A DNA stretch of 64,000 bases. It comes from an uncultured Endomicrobiia bacterium. GTDB lineage: Bacteria > Elusimicrobiota > Endomicrobiia > DTEH01. The DNA is taken from the NCBI GenBank assembly GCA_937928765.1, contig CALFVX010000015.1:34410-98409 (forward strand), written 5' to 3'. Positions 42,224 to 52,236 of this stretch are shown here, one piece after another (position 1 is the stretch's first letter; each line of letters begins with the position of its first letter). The position numbers were made by a program, and so were the translations under genes. The notes below the pieces were generated by a model. That model was not told where the DNA came from and did no database searches. It worked only from the letters and a program-made list of their open reading frames with translations.

Positions 42224-43087
42224 ATGAAAAAACATTTAGGCAAAGGTATTGAAGCGTTAATATCTGAAGTTGGCATTTTTACAAAAATACAAGAAGATAT
42301 TAAAAAAGACAATGTATTATTTTTAGATATTTCAAAAATAAAACCACCTAAATGGCAGCCAAGAAAAAAATTTGACCAAGAAAAACTTTCTCAGCTTGCC
42401 GAATCTATAAAACATACAGGTATTATAGAACCATTAATTGTTTCACCTTCAGAAGATGATAAATACGAAATTATCTGTGGAGAAAGAAGATATCGTGCTG
42501 CAATAATTGTAAACCAAACACAGATTCCTGTGATTATAAAAATTTTAGATGAAAAACAAAAAATGTTGTTTTCGTTGACAGAAAATATTCAAAGAGAAGA
42601 TTTAAATCCTGTTGAAGAAGCGCAAGCTTATAAAAAATTAATTGAAGAATTTTCGCTTACGCAGGAAGAGTTGAGTGTTTTAATAGGTAAAGATAGAAGT
42701 GTTATAGCAAACACTTTAAGAATACTTTCTTTGCCAAAAGAAGTTATACAATACATAGAAGAAGGACTTATTTCTTCTGGTCATGCAAGAACGCTTGCAA
42801 GTATAAAAGATGAAAATTTGGTTATAGAATTAGCAGACAAAATTATTCAGGATAAACTTACTGTAAGAGATATTGAAAATATTGTAAAACAATTAAAGAC
42901 AAAAAAATTTATCAACAAAAAACAAAAAATTCCTCCAGTAGAAGTTTTACAAATTCAAAAAGAAATTTCAGAATTTTTAGGTACAAAAGTTTTAATAAAG
43001 CCATATTCTAATACAAAAGGGAAAATCGTTATTTCTTATTCTTCTTTAGAAGAATTTGAAAATATTATAAAAAAACTTAAAAAATAA
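42224..43087 (+). CDS. parB: Chromosome partitioning protein ParB/Spo0J
   Basis: LGKGIEALI, QPRK.F, GERRYRAA, ENIQREDLNP.EEA, HTH (GKDRS.IAN.LR). Confidence 0.96.
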   Translation: MKKHLGKGIEALISEVGIFTKIQEDIKKDNVLFLDISKIKPPKWQPRKKFDQEKLSQLAESIKHTGIIEPLIVSPSEDDKYEIICGERRYRAAIIVNQTQIPVIIKILDEKQKMLFSLTENIQREDLNPVEEAQAYKKLIEEFSLTQEELSVLIGKDRSVIANTLRILSLPKEVIQYIEEGLISSGHARTLASIKDENLVIELADKIIQDKLTVRDIENIVKQLKTKKFINKKQKIPPVEVLQIQKEISEFLGTKVLIKPYSNTKGKIVISYSSLEEFENIIKKLKK

Positions 43088-43139
43088 AAATATTTAAGCT
43101 CTACAAATATTTCTTATCACAATCATAAGGAGTTTAAAA

Positions 43140-44201
43140 ATGAAATCAAAAGCTATAACAATTTTCTTTATTTTTGTAATCTTTATATATTCAAATTTAT
43201 GCTCTCAAAAACAAGAATATTTTTATCCATTATACATAACTGGCAGTGTAGCATTAAATGAATATACATTATTTGCTAATTCTGGTTGGGATGGAAACTG
43301 GTATGTAGGAACAAATATGTGCTGGATTAAAAAGTTTAAAAAAGAATTCTTACCTGATAAAAATTTTTTTTCAAAATTATATGTGGGTGTAAAATTAGGT
43401 AGATCAAAAACAGTCCCAAAACCTAATTCTCCACCATGGGAAAAAGAAATTATTGATGGTAATGTATATATAGGCGTTTCATCTACTGCTGCTTGGAAGT
43501 CAGAGCAACGATATTTTCTTTGTAAGTTTTCAGATATACCAACAGAAGGTGATTGGGAAAATGCTTTAGCTACAACTGGTGAAGCAAGATGGTTTTTTAC
43601 AGAAGTGCCACTGCAAAAAATTGATCTTAATGAAGATATATATGTTTGTGTTTATTCAAACACACAAAACATTTTATCTGTATCCTCAGCACCAATACTT
43701 GCTGCAGGATGGAGAGAAAGATATCAAAAAGAAAGTTTTGTTTGGTTAAACAACGAAATTAATGGCTCACCTCCTATTGATCCGTCAAATTCTCTAAAAA
43801 CACAAATTCGTGCTTTTGATGCTGCTATTGTATTAAAATTTATTCCTTATGGTGCAGAAAATTTACCAGTAAATATAAAAATTGTAAAGATCACCGACGG
43901 CAAACCAAACACTAATGAAAAAGTGTTTTACATAAAACCAATAACACCTAATATTCAAACTATATGGATGGAAATTTCTTCTGATAAGGAAAATTATATA
44001 AAAATTTCAAGGTATCAATATAACGAACCCTTCGTTTTTAATCTTAATACTAATATGATACCAAAAGAAATAAGCGGTGATTTTTACTTAAGATTTGCTG
44101 CAAAAGATATCTTTGAAAACATCGGTTATTCTGAAGAAATACAACTTAATATAAAAAGAGAACAAAAAGAAATACAAAATAAGCAAGAAATTAAAAAATA
44201 A
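43140..44201 (+). CDS. Hypothetical secreted protein
   Basis: 353-aa ORF, AAGGAG SD, N-terminal signal peptide, Trp/Gly-rich; no family recognised. Confidence 0.8.
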   Translation: MKSKAITIFFIFVIFIYSNLCSQKQEYFYPLYITGSVALNEYTLFANSGWDGNWYVGTNMCWIKKFKKEFLPDKNFFSKLYVGVKLGRSKTVPKPNSPPWEKEIIDGNVYIGVSSTAAWKSEQRYFLCKFSDIPTEGDWENALATTGEARWFFTEVPLQKIDLNEDIYVCVYSNTQNILSVSSAPILAAGWRERYQKESFVWLNNEINGSPPIDPSNSLKTQIRAFDAAIVLKFIPYGAENLPVNIKIVKITDGKPNTNEKVFYIKPITPNIQTIWMEISSDKENYIKISRYQYNEPFVFNLNTNMIPKEISGDFYLRFAAKDIFENIGYSEEIQLNIKREQKEIQNKQEIKK

Positions 44202-44387
44202 ATAGCATTAAATTAAAAGGTGTTATTCTAACCAAACAAATTAAATATTTTTGTTAAAAGGACAAAATAGAGAGGTTTATTCTAAAAGGTGTTTTTAAAA
44301 TGCTTATAATAAAAATAATTAGGAAAAGATAGTGAATTCTTAATAATTAAAACTTATTTTTCTGAACTATCTTGCTTTTAAATTATT

Positions 44388-45164
44388 TTACAATAATACA
44401 CTTTTAAGATCAAACATTGGCCCTTCTTTGCAAACCGCTTGATAAATCCAAGCATTATTTTTATCCCTAACTTTCACAACACAACTTCTACATAAACCAA
44501 TGCCACAACACATATATTCTTCTAATAAAACATAAGATTTTATATAACTTTTATTTTTTAAAATTTTTTGTATTGATTTTATCATCTTTTTTGGTCCACA
44601 AATAAATAAATAATCTATTTTAAAATTTTCATAATTTCTACAAAAAACCTCTGTAACAAACCCTTTTTCTGCAAAACTTCCATCATCTGTGCAATATATT
44701 ACATTATTTTTAATACCAAAATTTGATAAATTTATTATATAATTTTTTTCTTTTTCTCCGTAGAAAAATTTAATTTTATTTGTAATCTTTGACAAATATT
44801 TATATACAAAAATCATACCAGCAACACCACTACCACCTGTAAGAATAACAATATTATCTTTGGGTTTAATTTCTAAATTTTTAAACTTTTCAAAATTTCC
44901 AAAAGGACCTAAAAATTTTATCTCTTCTTTTTTTTGTTTAGTTGACAAAAACTTTGTTCCATCAGAAATTGCTCTATAAATTATTTTACAGACTCCTTTT
45001 TCAAAATCTGCAATGCTAAACGGTTTTAACAAAAATCTACTTGGATAAGTATCAATCATAACAAACTGTGTAGGAAAAACTTTTTTGTCTAATTTAAATT
45101 CCATCAAATAAGTATCTTTTGAAATCCTCACATTTTTCAAAATCTTAGAACTTCTAAGTTGCAT
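44388..45164 (-). CDS. pyrK: Dihydroorotate dehydrogenase B electron transfer subunit
   Basis: KPFSI, GPFGN, GGSG, CGP, EEYMCCGIGLCRSC...CKEGP.F (2Fe-2S). Confidence 0.88.
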   Translation of the reverse strand: MQLRSSKILKNVRISKDTYLMEFKLDKKVFPTQFVMIDTYPSRFLLKPFSIADFEKGVCKIIYRAISDGTKFLSTKQKKEEIKFLGPFGNFEKFKNLEIKPKDNIVILTGGSGVAGMIFVYKYLSKITNKIKFFYGEKEKNYIINLSNFGIKNNVIYCTDDGSFAEKGFVTEVFCRNYENFKIDYLFICGPKKMIKSIQKILKNKSYIKSYVLLEEYMCCGIGLCRSCVVKVRDKNNAWIYQAVCKEGPMFDLKSVLL

Positions 45165-45193
45165 ATAAAAATAATATCAGATTTAGAATTTAT

Positions 45194-46471
45194 TTAACCT
45201 TTATACACAATCTTACCATTACAAATAGTATATTTTACTTTACCTTTGAGTTTCCATCCTATAAAAGGCGAATTTGAACTTTTTGAAACAAAATTTTTTA
45301 CAACAAATTCTTCATCAGGATTAAATATTACAATATCTGCATCATAACCTAACTCAACAGAACCTTTATTAGGTAAATAAAAAATTTTTGCAGGATTGGT
45401 GGTAAGTTTTTCCAAAATTTTTATCAATGGGATTTTATGATTATGATACAGATAAGTTATACACAAAGGTAGTAATGTTTCTAATCCTATAATACCAAAG
45501 GGTGCTAAATCAAACTCTTTGTTTTTCTCTTCAACGGTATGCGGTGCATGGTCAGATGCTATGCAATCTATCACATCTTCTTTGATTGCCTGAATAATTG
45601 CTTGCAAATCTTCTTTTGTTCTAAGAGGTGGGTTCATCTTAAAATTTGTATTATATGGAAACTTCTCTAGATAATCTTCAGTTAGAACAAAATGATGTGG
45701 TGTAACATCGCAAGTTATATTAATATTTTCATCTTTTGCTTTTTTTATAAAATTTATAGAATTTTTCGTAGAAACATGTGTAATGTGAAGCTTACCTTTT
45801 GTTAAAGAAGCCAAAATTATATCTCTTATAACCATAACTTCTTCGGCTTCCTTAGGAATTCCTCTTAATCCTAACAAAGTAGAAATTCTTCCTTCGTTTA
45901 CTACACCACCTTTGCTTAACATTTTATCTTCACAATGTGATATAACTACAAGATTAAACATCTTAGAATATTCTAATGCACGACGCATAATTTTAGAATT
46001 TGACACTGGCTCACCATCATCAGATATTGCTACAACACCTGCTTTTTTTAATTCTCCTATTTCAGTTATTTCTTCACCTTGTCTATTTTTTGTTACTGAC
46101 CCTACAGGAAATACATTTATTACACCTTCACTTTTTGCTTTTAGCATAGCAAATTCTACAGATGCTTGATCATCTATAGGCGGGTTAGTGTTCGGCATAC
46201 AAAAAATGCTTGTTATACCGCCACTAGCAGCAGCTTTTGTCCCAGAAGAAATCGTTTCTTTCTCTTCATATCCAGGCTCGCGAAGATGTGTATGTATGTC
46301 AATTAAACCAGCAGAAACTATACAATTTCTTGCATCTATTACATCTACATTTTTTAAATTTATCTTTTCTAAAATTTTTACAATTTTGCCATTGTCTATT
46401 AAAATATCTAACTTTTTTTGTAAATTTTTTGATGAGTCTATTAAAATACCATTTTTTATTAACAGTTTCAT
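45194..46471 (-). CDS. pyrC: Dihydroorotase
   Basis: DIHTHLREPG, MPNT.P, SDDG, HCED, KMNPPLR, SDHAPH. Confidence 0.96.
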   Translation of the reverse strand: MKLLIKNGILIDSSKNLQKKLDILIDNGKIVKILEKINLKNVDVIDARNCIVSAGLIDIHTHLREPGYEEKETISSGTKAAASGGITSIFCMPNTNPPIDDQASVEFAMLKAKSEGVINVFPVGSVTKNRQGEEITEIGELKKAGVVAISDDGEPVSNSKIMRRALEYSKMFNLVVISHCEDKMLSKGGVVNEGRISTLLGLRGIPKEAEEVMVIRDIILASLTKGKLHITHVSTKNSINFIKKAKDENINITCDVTPHHFVLTEDYLEKFPYNTNFKMNPPLRTKEDLQAIIQAIKEDVIDCIASDHAPHTVEEKNKEFDLAPFGIIGLETLLPLCITYLYHNHKIPLIKILEKLTTNPAKIFYLPNKGSVELGYDADIVIFNPDEEFVVKNFVSKSSNSPFIGWKLKGKVKYTICNGKIVYKG

Positions 46472-46482
46472 AAAATAAATTT

Positions 46483-47433
46483 TTATAAATTTTGATTTAA
46501 TGACAACAAATATAAAACAGCCATTCTTACCGCAATACCATTTGTGACTTGTTCATTTATTACTGAGTTTAAACTATCTGCTACTTCTGTTGTAATTTCT
46601 ATCCCTCTATTCATAGGTCCAGGGTGCAAAATCAAAACATCACTTTTAGCATTTTTTAACCTTTCTTTGTTCATCCCATAAAGCAAACTATATTCTCTTA
46701 CAGAAGGAAATAAATGTTCTAATTGGCGTTCAAACTGTACTCTTAAAATATTTATCACATCAGCATTTTTTATTGCTTTATCTAAATTATATTCAATATA
46801 TATTTGTGGAAAAATTTTGTCTATATCTTTTGGTATGAGCGTAGGTGGACCACAAAGAATTACTTTTGCTGAAAGTTTTGTTAATCCCCACAAATTTGAT
46901 CTTGCTACACGACTGTGCAGTATGTCTCCTACAATAACTACTTTTAAACCTTGTATCTTACCTTTTTTCTGCTTTATAGTAAAAATATCTAACAATCCTT
47001 GTGTAGGATGTTCATGGAAACCATCCCCTGCATTAATGATTGAAGAAGAAACATTTTGTGCTAAGATATGTGGTGATCCTGAATGTGAATGACGAATTAC
47101 TATAAAATCTGCTTTCATAGATTCTAAAGTTTTTGCTGTATCTATTAATGACTCTCCTTTTTGCACACTTGAAACTTGAACTGCAATGCTTACAGTATCG
47201 GCAGAAAGACGTTTCGCTGCAAGTTCAAATGAAGTTCTTGTTCTTGTAGATGGCTCATAAAACAACAAAACCACACTTTTGCCTCTTAAAGTTGGAAGTT
47301 TTTTTATAGATCTTGTAAAAACTGTTTTGAACGGTTTTGCTGTTTCAAGAATTAGTTCTATATCTTCTTTGGTGAGGCTTTGTAATTCTAAAAGATGTTT
47401 GTGGTTGAAAGTCTTATTTGGCTTTGTTAACAT
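46483..47433 (-). CDS. pyrB: Aspartate carbamoyltransferase catalytic subunit
   Basis: [41 protein letters not shown]. Confidence 0.97.
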   Translation of the reverse strand: MLTKPNKTFNHKHLLELQSLTKEDIELILETAKPFKTVFTRSIKKLPTLRGKSVVLLFYEPSTRTRTSFELAAKRLSADTVSIAVQVSSVQKGESLIDTAKTLESMKADFIVIRHSHSGSPHILAQNVSSSIINAGDGFHEHPTQGLLDIFTIKQKKGKIQGLKVVIVGDILHSRVARSNLWGLTKLSAKVILCGPPTLIPKDIDKIFPQIYIEYNLDKAIKNADVINILRVQFERQLEHLFPSVREYSLLYGMNKERLKNAKSDVLILHPGPMNRGIEITTEVADSLNSVINEQVTNGIAVRMAVLYLLSLNQNL

Positions 47434-47445
47434 ATAATATATATT

Positions 47446-47982
47446 TTAAATTTTTTTAGCATACAAAACAACTTTATCTTCTTTATTACCAGTCTCTTTT
47501 AACAAAATCTCTATATGTTGATTTTTCTTTGTTCTAACCTCTTTTCCTACAAACTCTGCAAAAATTGGTAATTCTCTTAAACCACGATCTATTAGTACTA
47601 ACACTGAAATAGATTTTGGCCTACCTATCTCTAAAACTTGTTCTATTGCAGCACGAATTGTTCTACCAGTATATAACACATCATCAACTAAAATTATATC
47701 TTTATCGTTTACATCAAAATCTATCTTGGTTTCCTTAGGCTGATGAATCTCTTTTCTAAACCTAAGATCATCACGGTAAAATGTAATATCTAAATAACCT
47801 AACTGCAGATCTTTGTTTTTTATATTTTTAATTTCTTTTATTAACCGTTTTGCAATAAAAACTCCGTTAGTATAAATACCTATTATACCAACCTTACTTA
47901 AACTTTTATACTTTTTTATAACTTTAATAGCAAGATTTTTAATAATTTTATTAATTTCTTTTTCTGAAATTATTGTTTTCAT
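47446..47982 (-). CDS. pyrR: PyrR-family uracil phosphoribosyltransferase/regulator
   Basis: DITFYRDD, VDDVLYTGRTIRAA, DRG.RELPI. Confidence 0.92.
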   Translation of the reverse strand: MKTIISEKEINKIIKNLAIKVIKKYKSLSKVGIIGIYTNGVFIAKRLIKEIKNIKNKDLQLGYLDITFYRDDLRFRKEIHQPKETKIDFDVNDKDIILVDDVLYTGRTIRAAIEQVLEIGRPKSISVLVLIDRGLRELPIFAEFVGKEVRTKKNQHIEILLKETGNKEDKVVLYAKKI

Positions 47983-47984
47983 AC

Positions 47985-48632
47985 TTAATATCCCAAAACA
48001 TCGTTTATTATTAATATCTCATATTCTGTATATGTTGGTTTTTTATATAATATTGTCAAAACATTACATATTCTCAAATTAGAATTACAATCTTCACATA
48101 TAGCTGTTGAAACACAAGGATTTTTTCTTTGAAGACGAATATTATTCGTTACAGCAGCAATATTTCTTGCTCTCCAAATACCAGACTCTATATCTTTAGC
48201 TATTTTGTTGTATCCAAAAAGTAATATAACTTTTTTAGGACCATAAATACAAGCAGAAACTCTATTACCATAAGCATCAATAAAAATTATCTCACCATTG
48301 TAAGTTACTGCCTGTGGTGAAGCAAGATAAAAATCTGCGTTTTGTGCTTTAAGCCAAATCTGTATTCTTGTTTCATAATCCATATCTTTAGTATGCGTAA
48401 TTATTTCGTTATTTTGTTGTTTTAAATCTTCTAAAAGTCCCATACTTCTTATTGTTTGACTTCCACCAACACCTATCTTTTTTCCATTACCTATTAATGA
48501 ACAAACATATTTTTTAGCAGAATCAACATCATTGAAAACCTCAGTATTTTTAAATCCATTTGATATCAATTTGTTTTTCAGATTTTCTAAAAGTTTTTTA
48601 TTAAAGATTTTTATATTATCATCTTTTATCAT
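47985..48632 (-). CDS. LUD-domain (lactate utilization LutC-like) protein
   Basis: G.GGS.T, D..GNRV, GPKKV, G.NK, C-terminal PC....C.DC....RIC. Confidence 0.85.
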   Translation of the reverse strand: MIKDDNIKIFNKKLLENLKNKLISNGFKNTEVFNDVDSAKKYVCSLIGNGKKIGVGGSQTIRSMGLLEDLKQQNNEIITHTKDMDYETRIQIWLKAQNADFYLASPQAVTYNGEIIFIDAYGNRVSACIYGPKKVILLFGYNKIAKDIESGIWRARNIAAVTNNIRLQRKNPCVSTAICEDCNSNLRICNVLTILYKKPTYTEYEILIINDVLGY

Positions 48633-48649
48633 ATTATTATTTTTTGAAA

Positions 48650-49747
48650 TTAATTTTTTGTAGTATATATATTTTTTATAACTTTTTCAATACTTGTTTT
48701 AGGTTTAAGAATATCTTTATATCCTAAAGACATTTTATATAATAGTTCTCTGTTATTTATAAACTCAATTATTTTTTTACATAACTTTTCTTCCCAATTT
48801 TTTCTTTGGTATATAACTTCAACACAACTATATCTTTTTAAAAATTCTGCATTTAAATTTTGATGTAATTCAGCTGCTGTTGGCAATGGAATAAGTATTG
48901 CTGGTTTTTTAAAATGTATAAGTTCACTTATAGTCATTGCTCCAGCACGAGCAATTACTAAATTCGATACTGTATATAACTTTTCAATTTCTTGATAATA
49001 AGGAAATATTATATAGCTTAAAGTTAACCCTTCATATTCTTTCTTAATCCTGTCGAAGTCAGAAAAACCGGTAATATGCATTATTTGAACATCTTTAAAC
49101 TTCTCTGAATTATATTTTAATATTTTTAAAACAGCATCGTTTATACTTTTTGCACCTTGTGAACCACCAAAAATAAGTATTGTAAAAATTTCTGGGTTAA
49201 AATTTAATTCTTTATAAATTTTTTCTTTATCTAAAGGAAAATAAAATTTTTCTCTTAAAGGATTACCAGTATAGAAGTAATTTTTTCCTCTTTTAATCTC
49301 AAAACCCAAACATATATATTTAGCAAAAAATTTTAAAACCTTATTAGTCATACTAAAACTACAATTTTGTTCATGTATAACAACAGGAATATTAAAACTC
49401 ATAAGCTTAGAAGAAATAACTACTGGTAAAGATGTGTATCCACCTGTTGAAAAAATTATATCCGGTCTATATCTTAAAAAAATAATTATACTTCTAAAAA
49501 ATGAAAAAATAAAGAATATGAAAAATTTTATAATAGATAAAGGATTTTTACGCAAAAATTTTGCTGTCTCAATTTCTTCTATAACAATGTTATTTTCAAC
49601 AATTTCTTTTTTTATTATCTTAATAAACTTTGTATTTTTTTGTATTACAAAAATTATCTTTTCAAAATCATAAACTAATTTTTTTGCAACCTCTATTGCA
49701 GGATAAAAATGTCCTCCTGTAGGAGAGCTTACTATTAAAAGATTCAT
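48650..49747 (-). CDS. murG: Lipid II N-acetylglucosaminyltransferase
   Basis: TGGH.YPA, GGY.S.P, HEQN, GNPLR, GGSQGA, RAGA.T, HQ..NA. Confidence 0.95.
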   Translation of the reverse strand: MNLLIVSSPTGGHFYPAIEVAKKLVYDFEKIIFVIQKNTKFIKIIKKEIVENNIVIEEIETAKFLRKNPLSIIKFFIFFIFSFFRSIIIFLRYRPDIIFSTGGYTSLPVVISSKLMSFNIPVVIHEQNCSFSMTNKVLKFFAKYICLGFEIKRGKNYFYTGNPLREKFYFPLDKEKIYKELNFNPEIFTILIFGGSQGAKSINDAVLKILKYNSEKFKDVQIMHITGFSDFDRIKKEYEGLTLSYIIFPYYQEIEKLYTVSNLVIARAGAMTISELIHFKKPAILIPLPTAAELHQNLNAEFLKRYSCVEVIYQRKNWEEKLCKKIIEFINNRELLYKMSLGYKDILKPKTSIEKVIKNIYTTKN

Positions 49748-50859
49748 TTATAACTTCTCCGCCAAATACTTAAAATCAAACCTACACTTAAAAAATTTAC
49801 TATTATTGAAGAACCACCATAAGAAACAAAAGGTAATCCTATACCTTTTGTAGGTAAAAGTCCTACTGTCATAGCAATACTAATATATGCTTGTAAAACG
49901 ATATTCAAAGTTAATCCAAAAACAATCAAACCACCATAAAAATTTTTAAAGTTCACACAACATATATATGCTATTGACAATCCTAAAAAACAAATAAGAG
50001 TATATACAAGTATTACTCCAGTAGTACCTACAAATCCTAATTCTTCACCTATCATACAGAATATAAAATCAGTATGTGCTTCTGGAAGATAATACTCTTT
50101 AAAAATTCCATTACCTAAACCACAACCGATGAAATGTCCCCTTGCTAAAGATAAATATGACTGTATTAATTGGTATCCAACAGTAGCTTTATATTGCCAT
50201 GGATTTAACATCGCTTTTAATCTAGCAATTCTATAAGGTTTAGAAAAAATTCCTAATATTAAAATAATCAAAAACAAACTAAAAATTTTTAAAAAAGTAT
50301 TCTTCTTAATATTAAAAGAGGATACAAAAAGTGTTAATATTAAAACAGTAATTATTAAAAGTGGTGTTCCAATATCTGGCTGCAACATTATCAAAAAACA
50401 AAAAATAAACACTGTAACTATTAATATCCATAATGGTTTAGCATAATTTATTATTTTACTTCTGTGCGAATCGACATATTTTGCTATAAATAAAACTAAT
50501 ATAACTTTTATAAGTTCCGAAGGTTGAAAATTTCCAAAAAAAGGTATCTTTATCCACCTATGAGCACCATTTCTTGCTGGAAAGAAAAAAACAGATATCA
50601 AAAGTATAAACCCAAAAATCATCAAAGGATATGTAAGTTTTTTTAATAAATTCAAATTAAAATTATATGCTAACACACAAAATAAAAGTCCTATAATAAT
50701 TGCTATGATCTGTTTTTTAAAAAAAATAAAATTATTCGTATGAGATGTCACAGAAAATATCATAACACAACCAAAAATTGACAAACCTAAAGTTGAAAAA
50801 AATAATATATTTATGTAATTTTTATAATTTTGTAAGTTGAAGGATAGTTTGTATTTCAT
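49744..50859 (-). CDS. ftsW: SEDS peptidoglycan polymerase FtsW
   Basis: GAHRW, QPSE..K, QPD.G, GYQ..QS, LPEAHTDFIF, P..SYGGSS. Confidence 0.95.
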   Translation of the reverse strand: MKYKLSFNLQNYKNYINILFFSTLGLSIFGCVMIFSVTSHTNNFIFFKKQIIAIIIGLLFCVLAYNFNLNLLKKLTYPLMIFGFILLISVFFFPARNGAHRWIKIPFFGNFQPSELIKVILVLFIAKYVDSHRSKIINYAKPLWILIVTVFIFCFLIMLQPDIGTPLLIITVLILTLFVSSFNIKKNTFLKIFSLFLIILILGIFSKPYRIARLKAMLNPWQYKATVGYQLIQSYLSLARGHFIGCGLGNGIFKEYYLPEAHTDFIFCMIGEELGFVGTTGVILVYTLICFLGLSIAYICCVNFKNFYGGLIVFGLTLNIVLQAYISIAMTVGLLPTKGIGLPFVSYGGSSIIVNFLSVGLILSIWRRSYK

Positions 50860-50867
50860 AAAATTTT

Positions 50868-52229
50868 TTATAAACTATTTACTATATCTTTGAAAACCTT
50901 ACCTCTATGCTCAAAATTTTTAAATTGGTCAAAAGATGCACACGCTGGCGAAAGAAGTATAATATCTCCTTTTTTTGCAACATCTCTTGCTTTCAACACA
51001 GCATTCTCTAATGTCTCACATTTGTATATTATAACATCCAAATATTTAAGCTGTGAATAAATAATTTCTGTAGCTTCTCCTATCAAAAGAACAGTTTTCA
51101 CTTTTTCTTTTATCAAACTAAATAACGATGTATATGGTGCTCCTTTATCTCTTCCGCCTAAAATCAAATGTATTGGTGAATTAAAACTTTTTAATGCTAC
51201 ATAAGTAGAATTTACATTCGTAGATTTCGAATCATTAATAAAAACTACACCATCTATTTCTCTTACAAATTCTAACCTATGTTGTACACCTTTAAACTCA
51301 GATATTGTTCTTTCTATATTTTTTTTCGGCACATTTAATAATACACCACAACAAATAGATGCTAAAATATTTTCTATATTATGTTCTCCAGGAATTTTAG
51401 GATCTACAACAAATTCTTCAAAGAAATCTTTAAATTTAAAAATTATTTTATTAGTATCTTTTTGCCACCAACATCCTTCATTAAGATCTTTTGTGCTAAA
51501 AAATACTATCTGCGGATTTATTTTTTTAAAATCAATTTTATTAATATTTTCATCATCATATTTTAATATTAAAAAATCATCTCTGGTTTGATTTATAAAA
51601 ATCTTTGTCTTTGCTAAAATATAATTTTCCATAGAGATATGATGTTCAAGATGATCCTCTGTAATGTTTAATATACAACTTATATGTGGTTTAAATTCAA
51701 CGATATCTTCAAGTTGATAACTTGAAACCTCTAAAACTACAATTGTATCTTCATTGATTTTATCAACAAAATTTATTAACGGAACTCCTATATTACCAGC
51801 TACTACAACATTAGAATAATAAGATGATAAAATTTCACCTACAAGAGTAGTTGTTGTTGTTTTACCGTTTGTACCTGTGATAGCTACAATTTTGGGAATT
51901 TTATTTATTTTTGATTTTATAATTTGGAAAGCAATTTCTAATTCTGTAAATACAGGTATTTTTTTAGATAAAACCTTTTTTACTAAAATATGATGCCTAG
52001 GTATACCAGCAGAACGAACCACAATATCACTATTAAGTATTTTCTCACTATGACTACCACATTCATATTCTACAAATCTATCAAGTTTATCTAATCTATC
52101 TTTAAGTTTATCTTCATCTAATTCTTCAGTTATAAAAACTTTGTTATTTTTTATTAAATAATTTGCTAAATATAAATTACTTATACCTAAACCTATTAAT
52201 CCTATTTTTTTGTTTATAAATCTCTCCAT
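50868..52229 (-). CDS. murD: UDP-MurNAc-L-Ala--D-Glu ligase
   Basis: ITGTNGKTTT, GNIG.P, EVSSYQL, DSKSTN, SPACASFDQF. Confidence 0.96.
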   Translation of the reverse strand: MERFINKKIGLIGLGISNLYLANYLIKNNKVFITEELDEDKLKDRLDKLDRFVEYECGSHSEKILNSDIVVRSAGIPRHHILVKKVLSKKIPVFTELEIAFQIIKSKINKIPKIVAITGTNGKTTTTTLVGEILSSYYSNVVVAGNIGVPLINFVDKINEDTIVVLEVSSYQLEDIVEFKPHISCILNITEDHLEHHISMENYILAKTKIFINQTRDDFLILKYDDENINKIDFKKINPQIVFFSTKDLNEGCWWQKDTNKIIFKFKDFFEEFVVDPKIPGEHNIENILASICCGVLLNVPKKNIERTISEFKGVQHRLEFVREIDGVVFINDSKSTNVNSTYVALKSFNSPIHLILGGRDKGAPYTSLFSLIKEKVKTVLLIGEATEIIYSQLKYLDVIIYKCETLENAVLKARDVAKKGDIILLSPACASFDQFKNFEHRGKVFKDIVNSL

Positions 52230-52236
52230 ATAAATT

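Noticed and set aside
41439..44387. parS sites or oriC DnaA-box cluster near parAB
   Set aside because: By eye I found no TGTTTCACGTGAAACA-like palindrome (only a partial TGTTTCAC near 42439) and no TTATCCACA cluster.
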